NCBI GenBank assembly: GCA_020891255.1
Contig: BQFW01000010.1
Location: 1,488,001-1,552,000, forward strand
Direction of reading: 5' to 3'
Source of the DNA: Entomortierella parvispora E1425
Lineage: Eukaryota > Fungi > Mortierellomycota
DNA length: 64,000 bases
Made by a program: the position numbers and the translations under genes. The stretch's first letter is position 1. Each line of letters begins with the position of its first letter. The notes beneath the pieces are model-generated. The model ran no database searches. It had not been told where the DNA came from and worked only from the letters and a program-made list of their open reading frames with translations. Shown one piece after another: positions 53,962-64,000 of this stretch.

Positions 53962-56292
53962 AGCCATCCTGGAGATCTCCAGCCCCTGCCTCCTCACTTT
54001 AGTTTTGCAACTCTAGACATACTTCTTTTTTTTGTCCCTCTTTTGTACTTGTAATTGGGTCAGTCCTCTATTAGAACCCCTCCTTGGCCGGCCTCTTTCT
54101 CTCTTGCTCTTTTTTCCCTATATCTCTCTACCTCTCTCCGCCCCTTTGTACAAATAGTCTCTATACTGGCTCATAAAAAATAACGGATACCTTTCGCATC
54201 TCTTTGGACACTTTTGTTGGATGACTGCCGTCCTTGCTTTTTTTGTCTTTTTTTTGTATCATCTTGCTACGCAGCGAATGACAACTGCGTGTGGAGAAGC
54301 CCCTCCTTGCTCCCAGAGGAGGTTTTGGAAGCATGCTTCCGAGCGCCTTGTACGCCACATTCAGTGGATGATCGAGAATTATGTGAAAAGAAACCCGAAG
54401 CTTGGGCCTCTTGAGGCTAGGTAGACAACTCGTGATCGAGCGAGCACACATCGAGTGTCCTTAGAGAAGAGGAACAGACAAGGGGCATGATATTCTACGG
54501 GCACAAGATCTTTCCTGCCCTTCCTTTTGTTTTTTCTTTTGCTGTTGCTGATGTTGCTGATGAGGCTTACGCTGGTGCCACCCAACGCAGGGGTTGGCTA
54601 ACCTTTTTGATCCCTGCTGTTGGGTGGGGGTGTCACATCTCTTCTTTTTTTTTGATTCATGCAAAAAAAAATTGAACCCCTGGATTTCAGACAACGTGCA
54701 ATTCTTTGGATGCAGCCACCCCCCTAATCTTGTCTAATTGGGTTGTTGTTGATGTCGTCGTCAGGATATGGCTCGCCAAAAAACCTGTTGCCTCTGGTCC
54801 TGAAGGGTGCCTCCTTGGCTCTCGCTAGAAGGATCTAACAGCTTCATGGTCTGAAATAATCGACAAGAGACCCTGGAGGGGGACGGTCGCGTTCTTTTTT
54901 CGCTAGCCTGCCGACAATGGAGGAAATCACCCTTGATTCTTTGTCTTGTCGTTGAGGCGGGTGAGGGCCCTCTTTTCTTTTCTCGAAAAGATCTTGATCT
55001 CGACCGCTCTTTCTTGCGCCCCCCTTCACTCATTGTGATTGAACCGTTAATTGGAAGAGATGCGCAGGACATGTTATTTTCATTTTGGGCGTTCGAGGCT
55101 GCATGATAATTCCTTTCGCGTACCATCTGCAAAATAGGGGTTTGGGGGATGGATGAACGGAAAAAAGGTACTCTCCACCTTTCCTTTCAACCTCCGTGTT
55201 TTTTTCTTTTTCTTTCTTTCTTCCTTTTCGCTTGTTCTCTTGTTGCTTATTTCCGGTTTGCATATCGGCCCAATGGAGAAACAATGCAACAAAAGCAAAG
55301 GTCAATCTGGGGTGAGCATCGGCTATCAAACTTCTTGGATGAGCATAGTTCCTTCTTTCAGACTTGAGATTGTCCGCCCCCAATCCTTTTTCCATCTCCT
55401 TGATCACGCAGCTTTCAACAACATGTCAACTTGAAACGGGGTCCAGTTGGACCTACTGGAAGAATCCTTTTGCTTTTGGGTTCTTGTTCGAGGAATGATG
55501 GGCAAAGCTTCTTTTTTTTTCTTATTTTTTTTTTTTTTTTTTTTTTTTTTGGTGCATGGATACTTCTCTAACGCGAGACAAAACTGAGTGCATCTTCTCC
55601 TCGATCGCAATAGCCCCTCGCTTGCACTCTCCCTCGCCCTCTTCTGTTTTGTTGTTTTACTCATCCTTGATTGGCTTCCTCCAGGACAGAGAGAACATGA
55701 TTGCTTTGGCCAAATGATATTGCACAGCACGACGCGTGTTGCCAATGGTGGAAAAAACAATACCAGTTGGACGGCTCTCAGGGTCCCAGATCCCCCTTCC
55801 CCCTCTCCCCCACACTTAATTATTTTCCCTCCTTGCTCGCCTTTCTCGGCCCTTGGGTAATAACGGTCGTCTGTTACTTGTCCCCCAACCCCCTTGGTCC
55901 CCCCGCTCCCTACTCTCATCACCCCCTTTGTTGTTGTGTCCCCTTCTACATTGGCTCTCCGTTGTCATTTGCGTCACAATTGCGGTTGCATTTTGTGTTC
56001 CAACGAACTATGGACCGAGAAAAGAAAAAAAAGGGACGATCTTTCGGAGGCAAAGATAGAAGCAAGAAGGAGGGACGACCGATTATTAGAAAAGAAAGAG
56101 GGAAAGAGCTACCTGCACGCACACTATGCTTCGGAGAAAAGGGGAGGAGGAAGGAGGGAACTATCGTTCTCCACAAAGAAGGATGACCAGCGGACAACTG
56201 CACGGGGGAATTTGCTTCCACCCTGAACTGCAGGGAGCAAGAGGCGCCAGACAACGCGACGATAGGCGGGGTCCAATCGTAGACGAAGAGAA

Positions 56293-56296
<4 letters not shown>

Positions 56297-56332
<36 letters not shown>
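56297..56332. repeat. (GA)18 microsatellite
   Basis: Perfect dinucleotide run. Confidence 0.9.
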
Positions 56333-56336
<4 letters not shown>

Positions 56337-57905
56337 TTGTCACTTTCTCTCCTTGATCTTTGGGCGCACAATGCAACAACGCGGCTCGAGTGGCATTCAC
56401 CGACCATGTGCCCCTTCATCAACTTTTTTTCATGCAAAATGGTACTTGCGCGTGTACTACAGAGACAAGCAAAAGAATCGTGGCAGAGAGAGTGGCGGCT
56501 CGATCGTAAATTGGTCATATCTTGCTCACGTATCGATTGAAAAGGGAGGAAGGGGTGACACTGTGGATGCCACTGACCATCTGTCCTTCACATCTTTTCC
56601 TTCCACGAGATCAAGTTTTCTCCAATTAGACCTAGGCGTGGATGGCCCGAGTGTTCAAACAAAGGACAAAACAATACACAGCTCCACTGGGCGAATGGTT
56701 GTGGCCCCGACTCTAACATGTTGACAAATAATTGCCAACTGTTGTCCGTTGCCCGTTTCTGACACTTTGGAACTCTCTGTCTGTCCCCTTGAAATGCCTG
56801 ATATTGTTGTTGATGTTGCTGCCGCTGATGTTGTTCTCGTTTTCGCTGCTCAGTCAATGTCGGCTGCCACACTGCTCATGGAGGACCCGCTTGTGCACCA
56901 ATGTTGTGTTGCCTTGTCGCCTTTGCAACATTGAACTTTCCTGCACAAGAAGGCTCCCTGAATCCGCGGTTTTTTTTTATAAAAGGAGGACCTGTCTTTG
57001 GACAAAATGATCTTTTGTCCTCCACCCTGCAGTTTCTCTCTCTCTTTTTTCTCTGTCTCCTTCTGTTCCTTCTTCTGCCCCTACTCCTCTCTTCCGAGAA
57101 AAGAAAGAGGATTGCGCTGCCCTACACCCGTCCGTACTCACGCCATCTTTTCTTTCACACATTTGACCCACTTCCCCCTTTGATTCAGTCTACCTCATCA
57201 TACCTTCTCGATCCCTCCTGGCCCTCAATAACCGAATCCGATCCTACACCCGTCTACCTTTAATCTCTCGTTGACGACTCTACTCTTCTCTCTGCGCTCT
57301 TGAACATTCCACCCGCCCTTATCGATGTAAGTTTCATGTTCTCACAAAACTCGCGCGCAAACACTTTTCCGAACTATCTATGAGCGCGCGATTGTCTTCC
57401 ACAGGATGAGTGCTCTGTTGTTGAGAGCAGAACAAACCAGGTGCCTTTAGTCATTCTAACGCTGCTCCTTTTCTTCTCAGAACGCACGCTTTGTCTGTCT
57501 GTGCTGAAAGAGTCCCTGTCTTTTCTCTCTCTTTCTTCCTCTCTCTTTCTCTCTTCTTTCTTTTCCACTGACATTCGCTTGTTGATACCTCTTTCCTCTC
57601 ATCAACCCTCCCTCCTCCCCTTATTCTTCATCAATTGCAGTTGGTTTGACCCATCTTTTCGGACAATAGCCTTTCTTTTTCCACTTTCCCCCTTTTCTCA
57701 TACCCTGCATTTGCATCTGCATATCTTTATCCCTCGATAACGACTAAAAAAAACTCCTCCCTCCCTCGCGTTCCTTCGCACCCTTCTGCTTGCACAAAAG
57801 AGAAAAACAACCACGCTTATCCAAAGAACACTCAACGGACAACCCAAACAAAAAAAAAAGTCGAAGTTTCTTTCCGTTCAACTATCCTGGACACGGAATA
57901 CAACC

Positions 57906-58169
57906 ATGTACACACCAGATCCAGAAGGTAATCATGGAGTGAACGCCCCTCTTGCATTCCTTTGGAGAAGAGCGCGCCAAGACATTCCTGGTGGCCAGTC
58001 AGTTGACCGTGCCCTGTTGTCTTCTTGTTCTTTCTCTCTCCTTTGCTCCATACTCCACACACGGCAACTTCAGTACAAACCTCCATGGCTCCCCTCCTGC
58101 ACCATCTTGAATCATGATTAGGTGATGTGAGCCAATGCTTCATCCCCTAAACCCTCCCCTTCCCCCAAA

Positions 58170-58200
<31 letters not shown>

Positions 58201-59820
58201 GCGAAAAAAAAAGAAATTCAAGGGGGAAAAGACCAAAAAGAGAAATAGAGCAAACAACATTGTGGGTGCATGGTATAGTTTGCATGAACGCAATTATGAA
58301 AAAAGCGCAAACGGCCAACCATCGACTGCAAAACAACAAAGCAACAAAGCACCATCGACAAACAAATACGCCTTCATCTTCGATCTTTCTTTTTTTTTTT
58401 TCGTTTCTTGCGCGATCTTAATTCTTCTTTCCCCCCCCCCCCTGTCGCCCTCTTTGTTTTGGCCGTGGAGACCTCTCGTGCCCATTTGCCACCAAATCCC
58501 GAGAACTGACACCCTATCACCTCTTTCTTCTCCCTGACCCATGCGAACGACCCAATCCAAATAGAATCGATCTCGCTCTTTATTTCTCTAGCATGCATCT
58601 CTCTGATGTCGGTACTGTTTGGTCGCAAGACCGCAGGCACGAAACTGTCAACCGTCAACTATGCTCGAGGCCTGGTCATTACACTGTACCTGGTCTCATG
58701 GGCCTTCTCGGTCGTGGCAGCCATGTTGGTTCAGACCAACAATTTTAATCCCGTCTCCTGCACCATGTCCGTTTACTCGTGCATCATCCTCTATGCTTGC
58801 TCAAAGATCTTCATTTACCTGTTCCTCATGGAAAAGGTCTATGTAGTCACGGCCGTCGGTTCCACGCGATTTGACTTTATGGTAAAATGACAAAGACCAA
58901 TATTTTTTTTTTGAGTGTGTGTTCATGATTTGGCGATCTCTTCACTGCTTCCTGGAGAGGAGAGAATGCCATATGTTCATCTCTCTCATCATTCTCCATC
59001 ATTCTTCTTCCTCCCTCTCTTTCATCTTTACAGCTGTACAGGATCAACCTAGCCTTGCTGCTCCCCTATCTCGGCATCTTTTCCCTCATGATCATCTTTC
59101 GCGTCTCCCAACTCCAGCCGAATGGTGAGTGCAAGATCGGACTCTTGCCGCCTGCCTCGGTCACTTTAATCCTGTACGACATCTTCATCTCGTCCTGGTT
59201 GACCACTCTCTTCATCCGCCCCCTTTTGTCTTCGACTTCCTTGCTTCAAGGACCATCCAAGGGCAAACTCCGAGATGTGGCTCGTAGGACCTTGATGGGC
59301 TCGGTCATTGCGCTGTGCTTAAGTACCGCGAACGTCTTTACGTTGGTGTTGTTCAAAGGTCATGAACGAGGTTTAATTTGCTTGGTAGGTTTGCAGTTTT
59401 TTTTTTTTGCCTCTCTCTCTTTCTCCCTCCGTCTCTCGGCACAGTACATTGCTCCTCCCGGTATAGTTTCCTTTATTGACACACTCTTTGAATGTTTTTT
59501 GTTTGCTTGTTTTGTAGGCTTCTTGCACGGTCGATGTGACCTTAAACGCAATGACGATCCACTGGGTTACCTCCAGAGGAGGCGGATCTGGCAATGGCAA
59601 TGGTCGGTCGGGTCAGCAAGGCTATGTTGACAGAAGCTCGATGGATCGTCGGCCGCATGGCCACTCCGGGGCCGGTACGGCATCCTTCCCAAGCATGACC
59701 GAGAAGCAGGTCGCACCGCTCGAGAGTCATATCTCGGTCACCGTCGAGAGCTACGTGGAGCAATACCATCAACAGATGAGTGCTGGCACCAGCAGCAGTC
59801 ATTCTGAACATCACTTTTAA
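57906..59820 (+). CDS. orphan seven-transmembrane (GPCR-like) protein; exons 57906-57927 (or to 57990), 58565-58881, 59034-59384, 59518-59820 (about 330 aa)
   Basis: Seven hydrophobic segments after splicing, from ESISLFISLACISLMSVLFG to GLICLASCTVDVTLNAMTIHWV; Cys at the TM3 start (VSC) and in loop 2 (GEC); MEKV at the TM3 end; polar C-tail. The exon 1 boundary is uncertain. Confidence 0.8.
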
Positions 59821-60609
59821 CAAGAACTGCAACCACAGAGAAACAAACAATCCAAATATTGGAAATATAATCTTTGCTATGGAACAAACGAAGAAAGCAA
59901 GAGTGCCTATCTTCCTTGGGAACAACACATGGCCAAAGGAGGGGCGAGAGGAGAGTGGTGCATGGAACGTCGTCCTTCAGATCGATCGCAGAAAAACACG
60001 CGCAAACCAAAAAGGAAAGAAACGACGCGTGTTCCCATCCTCGTCGTCTCATGGTAGTCCAAGACAGACTGCGCTTGTTCCTGCATCCGAGCTGCGTGTG
60101 TGCCTGGCGCATGGTTCTTGATGCATTCGCCTTCACCCCTGTTTGTGAGTGTCATTGTCAACTTCCCCCCTTCCCCTCTTCCCCTCTTCCCCCGCTCTTT
60201 CTTTGTCCACAATCCTCTTTTCCTTGGTATTCTTGTATCCCTATCCTATCTCTCTGCTTGTCCTCGTGCCCTCTTGTTTGTCCATGTCAGCAGTCCAAGT
60301 CCTGTGCACTGCACTGTGCAAGGACCTTAAACTCGACTTCGAGCAAATCGGTTGACCCTTTTTTTTTTCGGCCAAGGTCACCTCCACTCTGGCCTCCTTT
60401 CACATTACCCTTGCCCTCACAAAAAGGAAATCTGAGGTCACAGTGTCCAACCCTTGACCCCCGCTCCTTCTTTTTTCGTTCTCTCTTCCTTTCATCCCAT
60501 TCATCTTCTTCGTGACCATTCTTTCATCTTGTTTCGTTCTCTCTGTCTTTCTTCGATACTTCCCCCCCTGTACAATTTCATTAAATAATACCTTAATACC
60601 TTAACTCGG

Positions 60610-62502
60610 ATGTCGTTGCCATTCCCCCCGATCAAGCCCAATCATATCAAGTCCTGCATCGCCAAGAACAATGGTCAAGGATGCAACCGTGGATTCCTAC
60701 GAGAGAGATGCCCAAAGTGCACGAACGGATCCCTGGCTTGTGAGATGTGTCAGCATCAGCGGAATCGCAATGCATCTACGTCGTCGTTGCTTTTGAAAGG
60801 CTGTCCATCCCCGACAACAACCACGGCCACAGCTGCAGCGATCACGGTCCAGGATCCAGCATCAACAGGACCGCACATAGCTTCAAACTTGTCGCCTCAC
60901 GCTCTGCCCTCACCGTCACCCGCGGCTCTGTCATCTACATGTCCGAGTTTCGGGCTGGGCGACGCGTCCACAGTAACAATGGAATCTTCACCACCATCAG
61001 CGGCAGCAGCAGCAGCAATAGCGACCGTGAAGACAGTCTCGATATCGTACCAACTCCCACTTCCTTCAGGCCACCCCCAACGCTCCCTAGTCTCATCTAC
61101 GCCATCAACCCCGGCTCCATCCAAGGACATTAAACTTACAATCATCACATTGCCTTCGTCCCCACTACCTTCTTCTCCTTTATCCTCTCCCCCGACGGAC
61201 GGGGCCATGACCACGGCCTCGATGATCTCCCCGCCCGTCTCCCCTGTCTTGGCCCCTTTCTCCTCCTCCTCGAAACCCTCTCTTCGGGCATTGACCATAT
61301 CAACGACAGAGCCGGCTATGGACACGCGATTCCACTCCAAGAGTTGTCCCTCATCGCCTGTGTACGCTCTCGGTCATCACCCCTTTGGCTCTGCCTCGAC
61401 CTCCTCATGTATCTTTTGTTTCAATGGCCGAAAAGCATGCGATGACTGTTTTGGACTGGGCTATGTTCAAAGAATCTGTCAAGACTGCCTTAAAGACCTT
61501 CACCAGAACCGTCACCATCAGAGTCAACCTTCCCAGTTACCACCACCACAACCAAACGAAAACCGTCGACTGAATCATCATCGACAGAAATCTCTGCCGG
61601 CCCTACCAACAACGTCGCTGCCGGCTGTTCATGAAGCTTGGAACCAGATCGGGACGCGCTTCAAAAAACAGTTTTTTCCTCAACAACAACAACAACAGCA
61701 GCAGCAACAACAACAACAGCAACAGCAGCAGCAACAACAACAACAACAGCAACAACAGCAGCAACAGCAGCAACAGCGCAACCGTCGACCAGACCTGTCT
61801 GAATCCGCGGTAGATAATGTACCCTACTCTTCTTCTTCTTCGTCTTCTTCCTCCTCCTCAGCAGCTTCTCCTTTGACTTCGGCTGCGCACACTCCAACAT
61901 CCTCAGGACTAGTCTCTGCAAAGATCAGAATGACACTGGGATTGAGAAGGAGTCAGTCCATGAAAAGCGAAGGTGGATCCACATCCGTGGATGTGAATGA
62001 AGGTGCTGCGACTCATCCGGGGGTCCCAGAGAAAGCGGGGCTGTTTCGTATCCCGAGGAAGCAACCACAGGCCCTACGGCCATCCAAGCAAAAACTGTCA
62101 CCGCTCCGCTCTAAAAGTATGATCTCGCTCGAGATCAGGTCGCCGAGGCTTGGAGCTTTGGAGGAGGAACGCGAGGTTGACTTTCACGCCTTGAGTGAAA
62201 ATGAAACAGATGCGAATGGAGAGGATAATGAGGCTAGGTCAGAGCAATTCAGGAACATTGGGGCCACTGCTATCGGGAACGAGGCCGAGATTCGGACAGG
62301 CAGCCCAGGGGATCGAGACAAGAAAACGTTCCGAGCTGCAGTGTTGCGCGCGCTCAAACTTCCCCTGTTCAACCACACAGGAGATCAGGCAAGCAATAAC
62401 AACAACTACAGTGAGAACAACGCGCGTCGACCGCCGCATCGTCGCCATTGGTCCCTTGCCTCACTTTCCGTTACTAGCCTTCCTTCCACCAATGCTTCTT
62501 GA
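60610..62502 (+). CDS. hypothetical 630-aa S/P/Q-rich protein with two CxxC clusters (DnaJ-like zinc-finger motifs) and a 32-Q tract
   Basis: Single 630-codon ORF; CPKCTNGSLACEMC and CIFCFNGRKACDDCFGLGYVQRICQDC; CAA/CAG tract at 61681-61776. Confidence 0.8.
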   Translation: MSLPFPPIKPNHIKSCIAKNNGQGCNRGFLRERCPKCTNGSLACEMCQHQRNRNASTSSLLLKGCPSPTTTTATAAAITVQDPASTGPHIASNLSPHALPSPSPAALSSTCPSFGLGDASTVTMESSPPSAAAAAAIATVKTVSISYQLPLPSGHPQRSLVSSTPSTPAPSKDIKLTIITLPSSPLPSSPLSSPPTDGAMTTASMISPPVSPVLAPFSSSSKPSLRALTISTTEPAMDTRFHSKSCPSSPVYALGHHPFGSASTSSCIFCFNGRKACDDCFGLGYVQRICQDCLKDLHQNRHHQSQPSQLPPPQPNENRRLNHHRQKSLPALPTTSLPAVHEAWNQIGTRFKKQFFPQQQQQQQQQQQQQQQQQQQQQQQQQQQQQQQQRNRRPDLSESAVDNVPYSSSSSSSSSSSAASPLTSAAHTPTSSGLVSAKIRMTLGLRRSQSMKSEGGSTSVDVNEGAATHPGVPEKAGLFRIPRKQPQALRPSKQKLSPLRSKSMISLEIRSPRLGALEEEREVDFHALSENETDANGEDNEARSEQFRNIGATAIGNEAEIRTGSPGDRDKKTFRAAVLRALKLPLFNHTGDQASNNNNYSENNARRPPHRRHWSLASLSVTSLPSTNAS

Positions 62503-62686
62503 TAATAAACTCGGGTGATGAAAGCGTGAGTATCTGCCCTGATGTGATTTTTAAGCGATCGCTTTCAAAGACATCCTGTGTTTGTGATCAGCGGCGTGCG
62601 GTCTCATCGTAAGAGTTGGTGTCTTGGGCTTGTCTCTAAAGTCTTTGTCTCTTATTCTGGCACACACACTGACCCACTCCGAAACC

Positions 62687-63277
62687 ATGCTATTCCCAGT
62701 GCGCAAACCTTCTGCCGCCATGAAGACTCATGTTCATAAGGACGAGCATCGACTTCCAAATATTGAACCCTTCTCTAGCTCTCGTCTTTATCCGTATGCA
62801 ACTACTCTTCATCAGCTTTGTACAGGAGCCAGCAAAGCAACCTCGATCGAAGAGGTTATATCCAACCGGCGAAGATTCCTTGCCGTGTATGAAGACATGC
62901 AGGAAGAAGCGGCCCAACTCATAGATCAGGAGAGTCTTCTGCTTTTTCGAGGTGCGAGGGTTCTTCGAAACGAGCACATGGATAGATGTTTACAACATAT
63001 TTTAATCCTACGAGGCACAACGACCAGCGATGATTTGTCTCGGGTGCGTTCGACACATCCTGCTCCGGGGAACATTCCGAAGAGCAAAGACGACAGACTG
63101 GCCCGAAGAGAGCTGAAGAACAGCTACACAAGCATTCTTCGGAAATGGGTTGAAAGTCATACAACTCATCCCTTTCCCACGAAAGCAGAGAAATCTCAAC
63201 TCTGTCAGCAGGCGTCGATCACCGAACGACAGCTGAATACCTGGTTTACGAACTATCGCAGGAGACACATGAACTAG
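62687..63277 (+). CDS. TALE-class (Homeobox_KN) homeodomain protein, 196 aa
   Basis: ILRKWVESHTTHPFPTKAEKSQLCQQASITERQLNTWFTNYRRR: three-residue loop extension (HP[Y/F]P) and helix-3 WF.N.RRR; first in-frame ATG at 62687. Confidence 0.85.
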   Translation: MLFPVRKPSAAMKTHVHKDEHRLPNIEPFSSSRLYPYATTLHQLCTGASKATSIEEVISNRRRFLAVYEDMQEEAAQLIDQESLLLFRGARVLRNEHMDRCLQHILILRGTTTSDDLSRVRSTHPAPGNIPKSKDDRLARRELKNSYTSILRKWVESHTTHPFPTKAEKSQLCQQASITERQLNTWFTNYRRRHMN

Positions 63278-64000
63278 AAGTGCTAAAATAAAGCAATACA
63301 ATCGGCAACCGTGTCCATGTGACAATGACAAGTATAATAACGACCTAGCAAGAGTCCTTGATGACCAACCAGGATAACCTTGACGCCAGCTTCGCAAGGT
63401 CCTCCCTCGATAGAATCGCTTCGGTGACGTCATAAATCCCAGAATTTGAACCTCCCAGACCGTTGAACCACCATGGTCTCGTTGAATCCAACCACAACTG
63501 CCTCCGCCAACAATAATGACCAATCATCCAAAGGAGCTCGACATTCACATTTCAGGAGGCCCACCAGAGGGGCTCATGTTCTCCATGAGTCCGGACGAAG
63601 ATGATCTCATGTCCATGATTGACTCGATGCAAGACATCACTTCTTTTGGAATTGCAGGACGAATTTGGGAAAGGTTCGGGCGCGAAAGTTCTTTTCAAAT
63701 GAGCCAGTGGCGATCACAAGCTGGGGGCGGTACCTGATTTTTTTATTACTCTTGTCACCCCCCTTTTAGTACCTACGTTCTGAATGCGTTTCTTCGTCGA
63801 CCATCAGAACAATTGACATTCACGCCTCAATGTCCGATACCCTCCGAGTACTTTTTAAGCTCAACAAAGACCTCTGCGGGGGCGGGGGCGGTGAAAGGTA
63901 AATTGAAACAAGACATCCAATGGGAAAGAGCGGCCGTTTTCTCCTCTTCTCCCCCAAAAACTCACAGGATTTCGTTTCTCCCCCATATGATAGAACAATC

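Noticed and set aside
62687-63277. Interpreting the window as a mating-type locus
   Set aside because: No partner homeodomain, HMG sex gene, pheromone receptor, or known MAT-flanking gene (tptA/rnhA, MIP1, SLA2/APN2) seen

Overview
64 kb of intron-rich fungal nuclear DNA. It is most likely from Mortierellaceae/Mucoromycota (inferred from GT-AG introns with CTAAC/CTGAC branch points, poly-Q-rich proteins, SSR-rich spacers and a WKNNGNT-type WRKY gene). I reconstructed about 15 protein-coding genes by hand-splicing. In order: a WOPR (Gti1/Pac2, Wor1/Ryp1-type) transcription factor, eIF6, a UBA-ZnF-UBX protein, a fungal WRKY-like factor, ACMSD, an unannotated micro-exon gene, Cwc21, dynein light intermediate chain, glycerol kinase, a small Helitron-like gene, ArfGAP Glo3, a GATA factor, an orphan 7TM protein, a split Cys-finger poly-Q protein and a TALE homeodomain protein. 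About 12 kb (35-47 kb) has no credible CDS. Three features stand out. (1) A spliced, intact 211-aa gene at 31655-32548 (-) carries motifs resembling the N-terminal/Rep-proximal part of Helitron RepHel proteins but lacks the nuclease and helicase, so it is a candidate domesticated Helitron gene. (2) A gene at 21434-22578+ (-), invisible to the ORF track, is built from exons as small as 3, 8, 16 and 20 nt and includes a duplicated micro-exon unit. (3) The plant-type WRKY-like transcription factor. All family calls come from motif recognition by eye; no database search was run.
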